From: Antedon mediterranea
Taxonomy: Eukaryota; Animalia; Echinodermata
Reading direction: 5' to 3'
Length of the DNA stretch: 64,000 nt
Assembly (NCBI RefSeq): GCF_964355755.1
Contig: NC_092670.1
Span: 24,910,795-24,974,794 of the forward strand
Position 1 is the stretch's first letter. Each line of letters starts with the position of its first letter. The translations under genes and the position numbers were made by a program. A model generated the notes under the pieces. The model ran no database searches, was not told where the DNA came from, and saw only the letters and a list, made by a program, of their open reading frames with translations. This document shows, in pieces, positions 40,801 through 52,924 of this stretch.

Positions 40801-43698
40801 CTTATTGAACTGTTGTTAAACGATTTGCAAATTTAAAACCTTTTCCAGAGGCAACATCATTTCTTTACGTTTACAGTACAAGCAGATTTCGTGAAACGCA
40901 ATATAAGTATTATTATAAATAACACTGGTTGAATAAAAAAATTTTGCTGCATTGGTTGAGGCACAGGGGAGATACTACAGTATTTATTCAATATAAAATG
41001 AAAAGTAAGATACAGAATTTTTACCATGCTAAAGGGATCATGCCAACATTATTATACTGCAGTTACTGCAGTACAACATTTTGTTTACTCTTTGAAGCAT
41101 GTTTATACAGCGTTCTGTGGATGATCAACCTAACCAGTATTACTGTATTGCAGTGACTGCTTTGTAAACTTCTTCATTGAAACAGTGAACTAAAAAATCA
41201 TACATTTTTACACCAAACAACAATGTACTGTAGATACTGCAGTAACTGTACTGTAGATACTGCAGTAACTGTACTGTAGATACTGCAGTAACTGTACTGT
41301 AGATACTGCAGTAACAGTACAGTAGAATAATTTTAACATGATCCCTAAAATCATCTTCTTTTATTCTGGTTGTTCGAATAATGTAGAAAATAATTGTCCT
41401 CTTGAAACTATAGATACAATTGTAATTCAACAAATAAATTGTCTCACACAAAACAAATGAACAAAAGAACAATAATATTCTGTGTGTTGTAAGGATTATT
41501 AATTATTAAAAAATGATGTCATGATAACTGTTTAAAAGTTCAAGGTATTTCATTACCATAAAATACAAAGGACGTCAATAATGTAGGAATTTAAATGATA
41601 AATAAGTATGCAGTAAAATTTAATGCAGGCAAATAAAATGCAATAATATTATAAATGACATTTTTTAAGACCCAATTAAAAGTAGACAATTCATTACTGT
41701 GTATATCATTTATCACTCAACAATATGGGAAAAAACGGCTGCATTGCATAGAGAAATGCATGGACTGCCATGCGAGAAATCAGGAGTTTGAGACCTGTCT
41801 GATATAACTTAGATATGTTTTATTATCTCTCCCGCTGCCTAAAGCTTGGTTCCCACTAGGACACAACACAGCGACCTAAGCGCAACGCAAATGATTTGAC
41901 CAATCAAAAGAATGGATTAATTAAACCGTAGGTCAACTTTATTTGTTTGTTTTTTATTTATTTCCTCATCATCAATGTATAGTGTGCAACATTTGGTAAA
42001 ACTAAAATTTTAATAAAATTTATACTTATTTATTATATCGTTTGAAATTGTCTTCCTGTGTGCCAATCATGATTGTTGTAGGCGTTGCCATGGTGCTCAA
42101 GTGGGTTACTATAATAAATGTCCTCAGTTTCCAGTTAAACAGAGGATGATTATTACACAGTACTTATTACTGTATTACTACAGTAGGCCTACTGTACTGT
42201 ACACAAAAAAAGAGTGTTACAATATGGTTGAACTCTTTGATCTCAAATTATCTATAACACATTAACACCTGGCTAATTCTCATAATCCTAAAAGTCTCTT
42301 TTAAAAAGTGTGGTAACAAAAGGTTAAAGGTCACAGTCAGGGTAAAATGCTGCACAATATATTTGATGGCACGCACCTGTAAATCAGAGTTGCAATGCTG
42401 TCAATTAGAAATTTACAGTACTGTACATACTACAAGTACAGTAGATAAAATCTATAGTACAGTACTTTAAAAGCAGTCCCATTTTACCTGTTGCAACTAG
42501 AAAAATACCCTCAACAGTTAAACATCATTACCATACATTACTTTAAAATCAAGTTCGCTTCGTAGGGTGGATTAAACTTCAGCTAGGAATACTTTTTTAG
42601 CCAATGGAAACATACTTATTATAAATTTCAATTTATAATAACATGTACAGAATACTAAACAACAACAAGAATGATGTACAGTATGTAATGATGGTATTAT
42701 TATCTACTAAAACAATGTCATGTACAAATGAAAGCATATCATCACACTATAGTAACAAAGATATGGAAACTAGTTTCTAAAAAAAAGCGATAAGGTGCCA
42801 AAATGATGAATGATTTTTGAGAAAAAAAACTTATTTAATGATTCCTTGATGATGATACTATAGCAATCAAACAGTCAACACAATATACAGTAGTAGCAAT
42901 ATTTCTAATACTTTGTATTTAAAAAAAAACATATTTAAAACTTATTTTTGCTCAATAGTTTGTTGTTTCTCTCTCAGAATGGATTTCTATCTATCTAGAT
43001 GCATACAGTAAATTAGTGTGCTCTCAATACAACAAATTTCCAAAATACAGTAATCGTTATACTGTATTACTGTACAGTATGTTCAATAATAGATGTAGAA
43101 TTTTTCACAAAGACATTTTTAACAGTACAGTACCTTAACCAACATAAAAGGCAGACAATTCATAAAATAAAGCACTAAAGTACAGTAGAGTGAAGAATAT
43201 AACTGGATTCTATCGAAAAGGAGAACATTGCACAGTATAGTACTGTACTTTACACACAGACTTGGGTCCAAGTACATTCCTTCCTGGGAGTCTAGTCAAT
43301 CAGAATCGGGAAGAGACTGTTCAGGCTTTCTCAGACTATGAATTCATTTAAGCTCAAAATAAAAATAAGTCCTTGGTTATAATACAAAAAGATCCTATCC
43401 AGAAAAATGAGAAATATCTTTCTTTATATATTTTTATAACAAAAAAAAGTTGAAAGAATGATACAGCATTATGTTCAGTAAAAAGAATAGATTAAGAAAC
43501 AAAGCATGAAGATGCCTACACATGACAAACAGTAAAAATACATGAAAAAAATTAAAATAAAAAACTCATACCATAATGCAGGTCTTCAACTGGCACTAAA
43601 TGGGGAATAATAAATAATAAAATAAAATGAGTAATAAAATTAAAAAGTTTCGGGAAAATATTGCCTGGAAGATGTTTTATAATCAGATCATCACACAT
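13830..43698 (-). CDS. SDK: Sidekick-like Ig-superfamily cell adhesion protein, 5' partial (signal peptide + Ig1-3)
   Basis: Six phase-compatible GT-AG exons: 43572-43698 (MCDDLIIKHLPGNIFPKLFNFITHFILLFIIPHLVPVEDLHY, hydrophobic leader), 25550-25813 (DNQPFIRIHPEDNIIVEGNRETLSC...DKGVYRCLVSNNIG...VDVA), 21794-21874 (YIDDFQTSSQSVSVVEGNAIVLTCPEI), 17385-17582 (DSFPIPSYSW...LDGRLIILA...YECSAANQK), 14823-14931 (PPTLIVPPKN...LECIVNAR), 13830-14005 (PLDQLSYTWKLNG...DEGAYVC). These resemble vertebrate Sidekick motifs EGNRLVLTC, EVQVAY, SYPRPQVTW, PTIVVPP..LECIASARP. No further exon recognised in 1-13.8 kb. Confidence 0.85.
14589..14770 (+). mobile_element. Degenerate tRNA-headed SINE-like fragment
   Basis: A-box-like TAGCATGCTGG and decayed B-box-like GGCCCAAATCC at tRNA-like spacing; no intact cloverleaf. 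Confidence 0.35.
15130..15421 (-). mobile_element. tRNA-derived SINE with LINE-like 3' tail
   Basis: On - strand: A box TGGCGCAGTGTG, B box GGTTCGAATCC, core CTCTCTCCACCCAGGTGTATAAATGGGTACC, tail AAAGCGCCTTTGAGCA...GGGCGCTATATAAAT followed by (TAT)n. Confidence 0.85.
15992..16129. mobile_element. MITE family A
   Basis: Same TIRs as 4951, TTA on both flanks, internal CATCATGTCCATATATGGGCA. Confidence 0.85.
16610..17275. repeat. 29/30-bp minisatellite (CTAGACTTGCATTCACATTACATACTTAAT and variants), ~20 copies
   Basis: Tandem copies with a 30-bp core block and 29-bp flanking variants. Confidence 0.95.
18866..19113. repeat. 34-bp minisatellite, ~7 copies, inside a larger imperfect direct duplication (~18710-19290)
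   Basis: ACTGCAGTTACTACACTAACCTCCTGTATTGTT(G/T) repeated; flanking ATACAACTTATAAATAT...TTTATTAATGCAGAAAT occurs twice. Confidence 0.93.
22829..23192. mobile_element. MITE with ~36-bp imperfect TIRs (Harbinger-like)
   Basis: GGGTATGTTCAGATCCGTGGAGTTATGCTTTCGTAT...ATACGAAAGCATAACTCCGTAGGTCTGAACAGGCCC, TTT on both flanks, CpG-rich relative to the intron. Confidence 0.8.
29663..30015. mobile_element. MITE family B interrupted by a nested 204-bp TIR element (29695-29898)
   Basis: Host TIRs AGCTTGGTTTCAACTAG / CTAGTGGGAACTACGCT; insert TIR CAGGCCTTGTCTTTT...AAAAGACAAGGCCTG flanked by duplicated CAAGGG. Confidence 0.8.
30786..30946. mobile_element. MITE family A
   Basis: AGCTCTGCCCACACTATTAAA...AGTTTGATAGTGTAGACAGAGC. 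Confidence 0.85.
31614..31748. mobile_element. Small hAT-like TIR remnant
   Basis: CAGGCGTGGATTTAG...CTGGATCCGCCCCTG imperfect inverted ends; no clear TSD. Confidence 0.4.
32570..33430. repeat. 48-bp minisatellite, ~17 copies, degenerating rightwards
   Basis: GTTGCCAATGTTACTGCCCTTGTTGGTGCTTATATTGCCCTTATTTCT with alternating ATTTCT/GTTTAT variants; 1-bp insertion near 32897. Confidence 0.95.
37335..37520. repeat. Triplicated ~62-bp unit containing a MITE-B terminus
   Basis: TACAGTTTATTTT..GGCTAGCTAAAGCTTGGTTCACACT occurs three times with variants. Confidence 0.75.
41226..41320. repeat. 23-bp tandem repeat, ~4 copies (TACTGTAGATACTGCAGTAACTG)
   Basis: Direct tandem copies. Confidence 0.9.
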
Positions 43699-43831
43699 TT
43701 TAAAATCCTAGATGAAATTTAGTGAGTAAAGGTATTACCTACTGTAGCTGATGAAAAGTGATAAACACAAAACTTACCTATTTAATTATATTATCTTAAA
43801 TCATGATTTAAATTCATTTTTTCTAAACTTA

Positions 43832-43970
43832 AGCTCTGTCTACACTATGAAACTAGTTTGACAATAAAAGTGTGTGTGGCGAAACATGGTAGTGATATGA
43901 CATTATCATGTCCATAGAAGGGTAGATCATATTTTTTTGTCACATAAAGTTTGATAGTGTAGACAGAGCT
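43832..43970. mobile_element. MITE family A
   Basis: Full TIRs with TTA on both flanks. Confidence 0.88.
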
Positions 43971-45210
43971 TTAAATACAGAGTATGCACTAGTAATTGCC
44001 AACTATTACATCCAGTCTATGGATATATTTTTTTAACAAGTACATTGAGTACCGAAATAACTAACTAAAATGTAACTGAATCAACCTGGCATCAATGACA
44101 TCCAATTAGAAGTATAATTACATTTAATTAAGTAACAAATAATTAGATAAGGAGATATCTAATGAAGTGAAAAGAATCTTATAAATTTAATTAGTCTAGA
44201 AAAATCTTAATTAATGCAATACTGAAACTAACCAAATAAAGTCACTACTTTATGCATAGAGTGTACTACTACTACTACTACAGTACAACACTTTATTTAA
44301 ACTAAATTACTAAGTTATATAATTTTATTTAAATATAATGGTTAAGACAAACCAAAAATCACATTCATTTGTAATATTTATCATGATGTTATGTACAAGT
44401 CTACAGGTTGTATTGTAGGTAAGAAAGACACAAATGTTTTACCCATTGCGATTGTTTGCAATTACTCCATATCATCACTATGAATGGATCGCAACAAAAT
44501 TCATCGCATTTACAGTACTGGTGGCTCTGATTGGCTGATCAAAGCGACCTTTGAAACCCGCCTTTATATAACCGGAGTATCTGAGCGGGGCAGACGATTA
44601 CCAATTGAGCCATTACACTATTCGATCGACACCAAACAAAAAATAATTTTCAAAAGGAAAAGTGAAAGTTTATCAAAAATCAGTGAGATGAGAATCATAT
44701 AATGTACCATATTTTTTGCAGCCTAAATAGGGTATTCAGTAGTAAAATGTATTATGTACAGTATGATAAAAAAGAAAAATTTAAAAACAAAACATTAAGA
44801 CAATTGGTAGCGTAAAAGTGTACAAACCTGCATATGTAGTACTCCACATGAAACAAGAAAAGATCCAGAGATGGAAAAGAACCGGAAACGTCAAGGTATG
44901 TTTGTATCCAGTTGCTAAATTTACTAAAGGAAAATGTTTACGTTGTTTATTGAAGTTTTTGGAATGCCTACTTCCTTTAATTTGTTTGCAATTGTGGCAT
45001 TTTGAGTCTTTTTTCTCTAAATGTTTAAAAATCCAAAACAAATTCCATTCTTCTATATCCATGGTCGGTACACAAATACCTAAATTAAACAAAAAAGAAA
45101 GAACACATTTAAATATTTGTTTGCGGTTTTATAATATTAGCACAACCAGGCGGCAGGCCCATGTCTAAAAACTGCAGTACCTAAACTACTTTAGACATTT
45201 GATTGACACA

Positions 45211-45964
45211 CCGTAAAACCTCGAAAAGAAGCCCATGGGCTTAAACCTCGAAAAGAAGCCCATCTCGAAAAGAAGCCCCCTCTACAGTTTGCAAAAGTAC
45301 TCTCGAAAAGAAGCCCATCTCGAAATGAAGCCCCCTGGGCTTCTTTTCAAGATAGTATGGGCTTCTTTTCGAGATAGACTACTAAACTGTATTAAGAATT
45401 TAGGTTTATTAACTGAACGTCAAAGGAACAGAAATAAACAATACAAACACGTGATTAAGAGTTACTGTAGTAGGATAATTTAATGCCAGATACTTGTGAT
45501 GCAGACTGATGATAATAATTAATATGTATGATCAAGTTTATCATACATTTATTTTACAGTTTATTGTCGTCCAAATGGTGCTTTGATCGATCTTGTATCT
45601 TTTTCTTGTCTGCTTCATTGGCAAATATGTAAAATCGGCAGGGAATTTTCACAAATGATTGTATTTGACGGTGAATCATAGGACTGTTTTTTTTGCTTTT
45701 TATGTTGTTTTTAATTGGTATATTTAACATAATTTCATGATTGAAAAAATGTCTCAAAAGTCATATTATTGTAGTAGAAATTCACAAAATTTACAGCATG
45801 CATTTTGAAAAGAAGCCCCCCTCTACAGTTTGCAAAAGTAATCTCGAAAAGAAGCCCATCTCGAAAAGAAGCACAACTCGAAAAGAAGCCCATCTCGAAA
45901 AAAAGCCCACCCAAGAGCACTAAAAAAAGAAGAAGCCCATGGGCTTCTTTTCGAGGTTTTACGG
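45211..45964. mobile_element. Non-autonomous Tc1/mariner(pogo)-like element, 754 bp
   Basis: Perfect ~30-bp TIR CCGTAAAACCTCGAAAAGAAGCCCATGGGC; flanks CA (left) and TA (right); about ten subterminal TCGAAAAGAAGCCC-like repeats; no transposase ORF. Confidence 0.88.
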
Positions 45965-46311
45965 TATTTTACCATAATTTCCAAGTTAATTAAATTAAGA
46001 TTATATTCCATTTCAGCTGGATGTATCTGACCTGCTTGGGATATTATGTTATGGTTATGGAAAATTTGAACATTTTAATTTCAAAGATACAACAAGTAAA
46101 TAAATCAACATCTAATCTATAACATTAACTTGACCTAATAAATAGGCCTAGTAGCCTAGCTAGGCCGGCCAACATTGCCTACCACTAAGCTCAGACAGCG
46201 GCCCAAAACGTCCTACAAAGGTGAAAGCCTTCGTGGCCCACCACTACCTAGGTCTATTCACATTCCACAGCCTAACTATACTTCTCTCTACACTCTACTC
46301 ATCGTACTTAC

Positions 46312-46570
46312 AAGCTTATTGGAATCCAATTGAATAAAGTAATCAAAATATGAACTAGCCTACGTTGTCATTATACCATAGATAATTTACAGAGTCAGAC
46401 AACAACAAAAACTGTTTCTTTTTCTTCCAAGAACGTTGATTCTTTTATCACACCTACGACTCAAATGTTTGTTGAATGAATCACTTTTTTAGACGACCAC
46501 CACCACCACACAACACGCATTATACAGCAGAATATAATGTGTTCAAAAACAACACACACACACATTGCGT
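46312..46570 (-). other. Putative non-coding first exon (5' UTR) of the Sidekick-like gene
   Basis: Donor GTAAGT (plus-strand ACTTAC ending 46311); the ATG exon has an acceptor (TCTAG|) 9 nt before ATG at 43707, so an upstream exon is needed; E-box and CCAAT lie just beyond. The 5' boundary is approximate. Confidence 0.5.
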
Positions 46571-47572
46571 GTAGAGAAGAAAAGGGGAGGATCGTATCGA
46601 CTACTTTTAACGGTCACGTGGTCTCAACAAACTATGATTGGTTGTTCTTCAAACTATTTCAATATGTATAAATTGGAATTAATATAACACAAATTGTCAA
46701 AAAATAAAAGATTTTTTTTTTTTTTGCTCATACAAAAATTTCCTTTTTATACTGACGATATGATAGGAAAAAATGTCTTTTGTTTTGTCTTAACAAAGAT
46801 GAAAAGACAAATTAACATCCAGTTGAAAGAAAATGCAACGGAAATTAATTCCAATTTATAAAATTTTCAATATAATGTTCTCAAGTTTTGTGTAATTCTG
46901 CATAATTATCTGTAGCAATCAAAAAAAAATATGACTGCATGCTCAAATCTTTCTCTCTCATTATGTATTATCATTATCCATTATTTGCATTGAATTTTGT
47001 ATAATTTCCTGCTATTTTTCGGATATTTAATGTTGTACACGCCCCATATCGATGGTACCTTTTTTTGTTGATGATGATGGTTCTTTCAATCTATTATGGA
47101 GATTTGATGTGTTTCTTCTGTATTTTAACATCAGTATTTTTTTATTTAAAATCAAAAGGTTAAAACTGCCTAAATATAAATTTATTAACACGACATGTTT
47201 CAGGCATATCCCATAATAAATGTATTAACAGAACATGTTTTGAGCAAGGCAATGTTTAACATTTTGATTGTTTCTTTCTACTCCTGCCAATGTAGCTCTT
47301 TAATTTCTCTTTATTTATTTATTCTATTTTATTGAATGACTAAAAAATTGAATTGAATTAAAATTACAAAGAAGAAGGAGGAATACACCGTGCGGCCACT
47401 CTGATTAAAGAGATTGTGATGATTGAGGGCGTTTAGCATTCGTATACATTTGTACACTGCACGTTTTGGTTTAAAAGTCACGATAAACCTTTGTCCTTGT
47501 TAGCGTACCATCGATCTGGGCACGCCATACCGGGTAAATCACGTGTCGGGAAAACACAGAAACAACAACACA
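46570..47572. promoter_or_regulatory. Divergent sdk/SGSH promoter interval with CACGTG E-boxes and a CCAAT box
   Basis: GTCACGTGGT at 46613-46622, GATTGG at ~46636, TCACGTG at 47539-47545 (about 30 nt upstream of the SGSH ATG); locally raised CpG content at both ends. Confidence 0.55.
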
Positions 47573-50556
47573 ATGAAATCAGAACATTTACTATTTTGCT
47601 GCGTTTTTTTTCTTCTTATAGGCAGTAGCGAATTAGTAAATGTACTAGTAATTGTTGGTAAGCAATACCTATCATATACTATTATATTGCACGTTACTTA
47701 AAATATAGGTTAAGCCTAGCCTAGGCCTATATAGGCCTAGCCTAGATTTGAACTTGCCTAAACTAGAAAGAAGAGGCCTTCCTAGACCTAGTATTAGTAA
47801 TTATCTAGCTACTATACCCTGTCCCTAGCTAGCAGGGTAACCAGACCAGACGATCGGGGCTAGGCCACTGACTGTGCATCCTGTGTAGCAGCAGTCTCGT
47901 GGGCTTCACTGATGTGCTTTAATTTATTTTATGTTGAATATTTAAAAATCGTGGACCCAATTGTCTTTCCTTTAATTTTATTTTTAGAATCGGCCTGATG
48001 TCTAATTTAAATTATGTTGGGCCTGACTGAACATCTACACAGTTGGGCCCAAAGCGAAATATCCACACCACACGCGTTGGTACCTGATTATCTGGGAATA
48101 AGTCAATCGCCTGGGCTCGATCGTTCTTGTGCCTGATCGTCTGTCAATTGCTAGCAGCTATGAGCCTACTACCTAACACTTTTGTGTGTGAATAACATGA
48201 TTATGAAATGCATATTTTTCAGATCTAGGCTAAAGTAATATTAGAAAATATATGGAATCAAAAAGTAATAAAATTATTCATCTCATACTGCCAAGGCCTA
48301 ATTATTACTGTATTTAGAAATTTAAAGTTAAAAATAAAAACAATTCTTAAACATTTAACATTGAATATTGAATAAAATTTTTAAAAAAATTCTTGGATTT
48401 TTCCTTTCTTTGTATATTAGCTGATGATGGCGGGTTTGAAAGTGAAGTATACAACAACACAATTTCTCAAATGCCTCATCTCACAGAGCTGTCAAAACGC
48501 AGCATAATTTTCAAGAATGCATTCACCTCCGTCAGTAGCTGTTCTCCAAGTAGATCGTCAATTTTGACTGGCTTACCTCAGCATCAGAATGGCATGTACG
48601 GATTACACCAAGGCGTACATCATTTTAACACGTTCGATCAAGTCAAAAGTCTACCGTATATATTAAAAAAGAATTCTATTGTTCGTGGTATGCAGCATTT
48701 TGTTATATACAGTATCCCCTCAAATATATGATTTGCTTAAAAGTTTATACAAATGTTATAGGCCAGTTTAGTTTATTTAGAGTTCTTTTGTACTGTATGA
48801 CTTCTGTAGCTGCTGCATTCCTTACCACTTAAATTATTTTTCTTTTCTTGTTGGCAGGTATCATTGGAAAGAAACATGTAGGTCCTGAGGATGTTTATCC
48901 ATTTGATTATGCACAGACTGAGGAAAACAATTCCATTTTACAAGTTGGTAGAAATATTACCAGAATAAAGGAGCTGGTTAAAGAATTCTTTGATTTTACT
49001 GGTTCATTGTAAGAACTAATTATATTACTGTATTTAGTAGTTAAATTAAGCTATTTAGCTTTAGGTTTATAATTGATACAGTTACACGCCACCATTCGAA
49101 AAACACAATAGGGATTCCCCTATACAGAAGACACCCCTATTAATAAGATATTGTCTTGTGAAAAAACAAGGGAAAATATACAGCAGACCCCTTAATAACA
49201 TAAGTATATTTGAAGTTCCTTTGTGTACAATTAAAGGGAAAGAAATTTCCAATATAGTGATGTTAGGGGTTTGTATTGGAGGAGGAACATATGTAGTAAA
49301 AAGTATTAATAAATAAAATAATTAATTAATTAATTTAACTTTTTAACAGGCCCTTCTTTCTATACATTGGCTTTCATGATCCTCATCGATGTGGCCACAC
49401 CCATCCACAATATGGAGCATTCTGTGAAAAGTTTGGCAATGGTGAGAAAGACATGGGTTATATAAAAGACTGGAAACCAGTTGTGTATGATCCTTCCACT
49501 ATTAAGGTGCCATACTTTATACCAGACACTAAGGAAGCACGTAAAGATTTAGCCGCACAGTACCAGACTATTAGCAGACTAGACCAAGGTAAAATTCAAC
49601 TTTATGTAACCACGGAGGCCCAGATCTACACATGGTTGTTCTTCCCTTGGGTCATGCACATACAAAATACAATTTCAACAATGTTTTAACAATATTATGT
49701 ACAGTATATAAATACAGTAATTACTAAGCTACTCTCAAGTACAGTAAATACAACCAATTTTATTTTAGGAATTGGACTAGTGCTGAGTGAATTACAAGAG
49801 GCAGGACATGATAAAGACACCCTCATTATATATACCTCTGACAACGGTATCCCATTCCCTAGTGGTCGCACTAACCTTTACGATCCTGGAATGGCTGAAC
49901 CCATGCTGGTCTCATCTCCAGATAACAACAAACGCAATGGTCAAGTTAGTGAAGCGATGGTCAGTTTATTGGACATAACTCCAACCGTGCTTGATTGGCT
50001 CAATATATCTTACCCAAAATACAGTATATTTGACAAAAATAAGCCTGTTAATTTAACAGGGAAATCTCTAATACCAATTTTGGATAAAGAACCACCCTTG
50101 TCAGAGTTCAATGAGGTATATTCTAGTCATAATATTCATGAGGTCACAATGTATTATCCAATGAGAACTGTACGTAATAAACATTACAAATTAATACATA
50201 ATTTAAACTATAAAATGCCTTTTCAAATTGATCAGGATTTTTTTGTTTCACCAACGTTTCAAGGACTGTTGAACCACACTCGCAATCACGAACCAACGCA
50301 TTGGTACAAAATGCTGCAAGATTATTATTATCGTACAGAATGGGAACTTTTTGATTTAACAAATGATCCGATGGAATTAAAGAATCTAGTTAACGAAACT
50401 GAATTTTCCAGCATTTTGAAATCGTTAAAAGATAAACTTGTATCTTGGCAAATACAAACCAGTGATCCGTGGATTTGTGCGCCACAAGGAGTGTTAGAAG
50501 ATACGGGCTTGTATAAAGATAACCCACAATGCCTTGCAATGGACAACGGTCTCTAA
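47573..50556 (+). CDS. SGSH: N-sulphoglucosamine sulphohydrolase (sulfamidase), complete, ~509 aa
   Basis: Exons 47573-47657, 48421-48687, 48858-49008, 49350-49588, 49769-50556 sum to 1530 nt in frame. Signal peptide, NVLVIVADDGG, sulfatase formylglycine motif [72 protein letters not shown]. Confidence 0.96.
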
Positions 50557-52030
50557 TGTTCTACTTGCAATGGGCAAAAGTCTCTAAATAGTAATATTCT
50601 ACTTAACCTTTATTTATACTATACAGTAAATTCTGTAATAATTACCAAATAAGATCAAATTTCAATGTTATGCCCTTGTATGATTTTAATATTTTATAAA
50701 TATTATATTTTTTAGAAAATACATAAAAATAACTGAAAACATTTGAACAAAATATTTGTGTAACATTTTTTTTAATGTAAACAATAGTTTGTAAATAAAA
50801 CAATAAATTCTGTAGTAATTACCAAATGATAATAGAGGTCAAATTTCAGTTTTATGCTGTCATATGATGACATATTTTATATTACTTTTAGAAAATTTAT
50901 ATTGTAAAAAAAATTGAAAACATTTTAACAATATGTTGGTAAAAATAGTGTGTACTGTAAATAAAAGATAGAAAAAACTCTTTATTATGAATACTGTATA
51001 TAATACATTTGAAAAAAAATTGTACAATATTTAATGAAATGTTGTATCATGTTAAAAGTTGTTTGCACCTGAAATTTTACACAAACATAAGCGTACTGTA
51101 AATATTACAAGACTGCTACTAATTTTATAAAAGCCAAAAGTAAAATAAACTATAAAAACACATTTACTACAGGATAACCAAAATATATAATTTGGAAATT
51201 CTAATTTACACAATTACCACAAATGATTTAACATCATGAGCTGCTAAATAATTACATCACTTAATCTCTGTTCACAGTGATACTGAATTCCAGTCTGGTT
51301 GCCAGAGAAAAACCATGACAAATGGGTGTACAGTTTTTGTACAACAATTCACACTAGCTCATTCCAGATTTGTATTCAAAACTTACATGAAAAAAAATTA
51401 AATTTGGACTGAATTCAGCTCACTAGCATCAACCAGAAAAACGTTTTCTGTTACTACAGTAATCATTTAAAAGTTCAACACAAATTAATGCTTTTCATAT
51501 TCATTTGTTTTATTCCTACGAGAGTGGTATGCAATTTATCTAAATGTAATTTTTTTCGTCAATCATTCCCTTGACTTTACATAACTAATGTAAATTTATT
51601 AAACAAATACTATACTATAATTAATACAAATATTAAATATTATACCTGAAATACAAATTCATGAAACATTACTGAAACAAACATAACACTTGTGTCTTTC
51701 ACAAAGTTTAGTTGGACGGATTTTTTTTATTGCAAAGAAATAAGTTAAATTATATATTATATATTATAAAATCTGTTTCCAGTTTTCAGATTGCAAAAGT
51801 AAGTAATCAAAAACAAACAACTTACAAAATATCACAGCAAAATTACATAAATATATCTTTAAAAAACACAGCAATTTATATTATTTTCATTTAAAAATAA
51901 CTTGCAAATTAACAATATGGCAATATTATATATTCAATAATTGCATCAACAAAATATGGCACGACACAAACTAAGGTGATGATGGTAGTACAGTCTTAAC
52001 ACTTTCTATCTATGTATAAACAAGTACATA

Positions 52031-52257
52031 CAGCCTCTATTAAGGGGACACCTTCAGGACCAACAAAGTATCCCCTTAATAGGCGTATCCCTGAATAAGG
52101 CATGTAGTGTTAAAACATACATTTTACCTCATTCAAGTAAAAAATTAAAATATGTAGTGTCCATTTTAAAGGGATCATAACAAATATACCTCTCTTCATT
52201 TGTTTCACAAGAAAGTGGCCCCTTAATAGGGGTCTCCCAAAGAAGGGGCTCTAATAT
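52031..52257. mobile_element. TTAAGGGGACAC-family MITE (other degenerate copies at ~14117-14245, ~20020-20080, ~49120-49200, ~53345)
   Basis: TA|CAGCCTCTATTAAGGGGACACC start with recurring CCCCTTAATAGGG / CCCTGAATAGGGG motifs. Confidence 0.6.
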
Positions 52258-52924
52258 AGATGGATTGCTGTGTTATACATTAGAATACTATGAGTGCTAT
52301 ATACAAATTGTAGTGTTAATTATGGCATTTTGTTCGATGATATTTTTAGATTGATGAGTAATTATACTCATCACCATGTCAAGGTTATAATTCATATTTG
52401 TTCAATTTCATTTTGCATATGTAATCTTTACATCTTTTGTTCCTAACTCTGTTAATACTGTTGCTAATCTACAAGCTTACACTTTGTTCTAAACTTTGGC
52501 ATTGGTATGCAAGTGTCTATAAACTTTGATTAACAATACAATTAAAAGACCTACTAAGGCAAGCTCCAGGGTATAAATATCTCACCTCGTAAACTGGGAT
52601 ACAAACATATTTGTGATTGTCACCAACTACACAGTGGGACCAAATTTGATCAATTAAAGTACTGTGCATATTTTTTTTAAATGCTCATTTTTTTAAACTT
52701 TTTGTGGAAATGCAAAATACTGCCTATGTTTTGGTAATTTTCTTGGCAATACTATAATTTGACAATAGCAAGCTTTCAGGACAGTTAAAGAATGTCGATG
52801 GAATACGCTTGCCATGTTCTGTTAAATTACAATTTCATTCGTCCACCGTCCCAGCATAAAAGCTTGCTATCATTTACTGTTGTAAAATTTTAATACAAAA
52901 CCGACAAGCAAAAAGATGGTTTCT

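Noticed and set aside
44781-45168. 103- and 116-aa ORFs as a nested gene or transposase
   Set aside because: No recognisable domain or catalytic motif; AT-rich composition consistent with chance ORFs.
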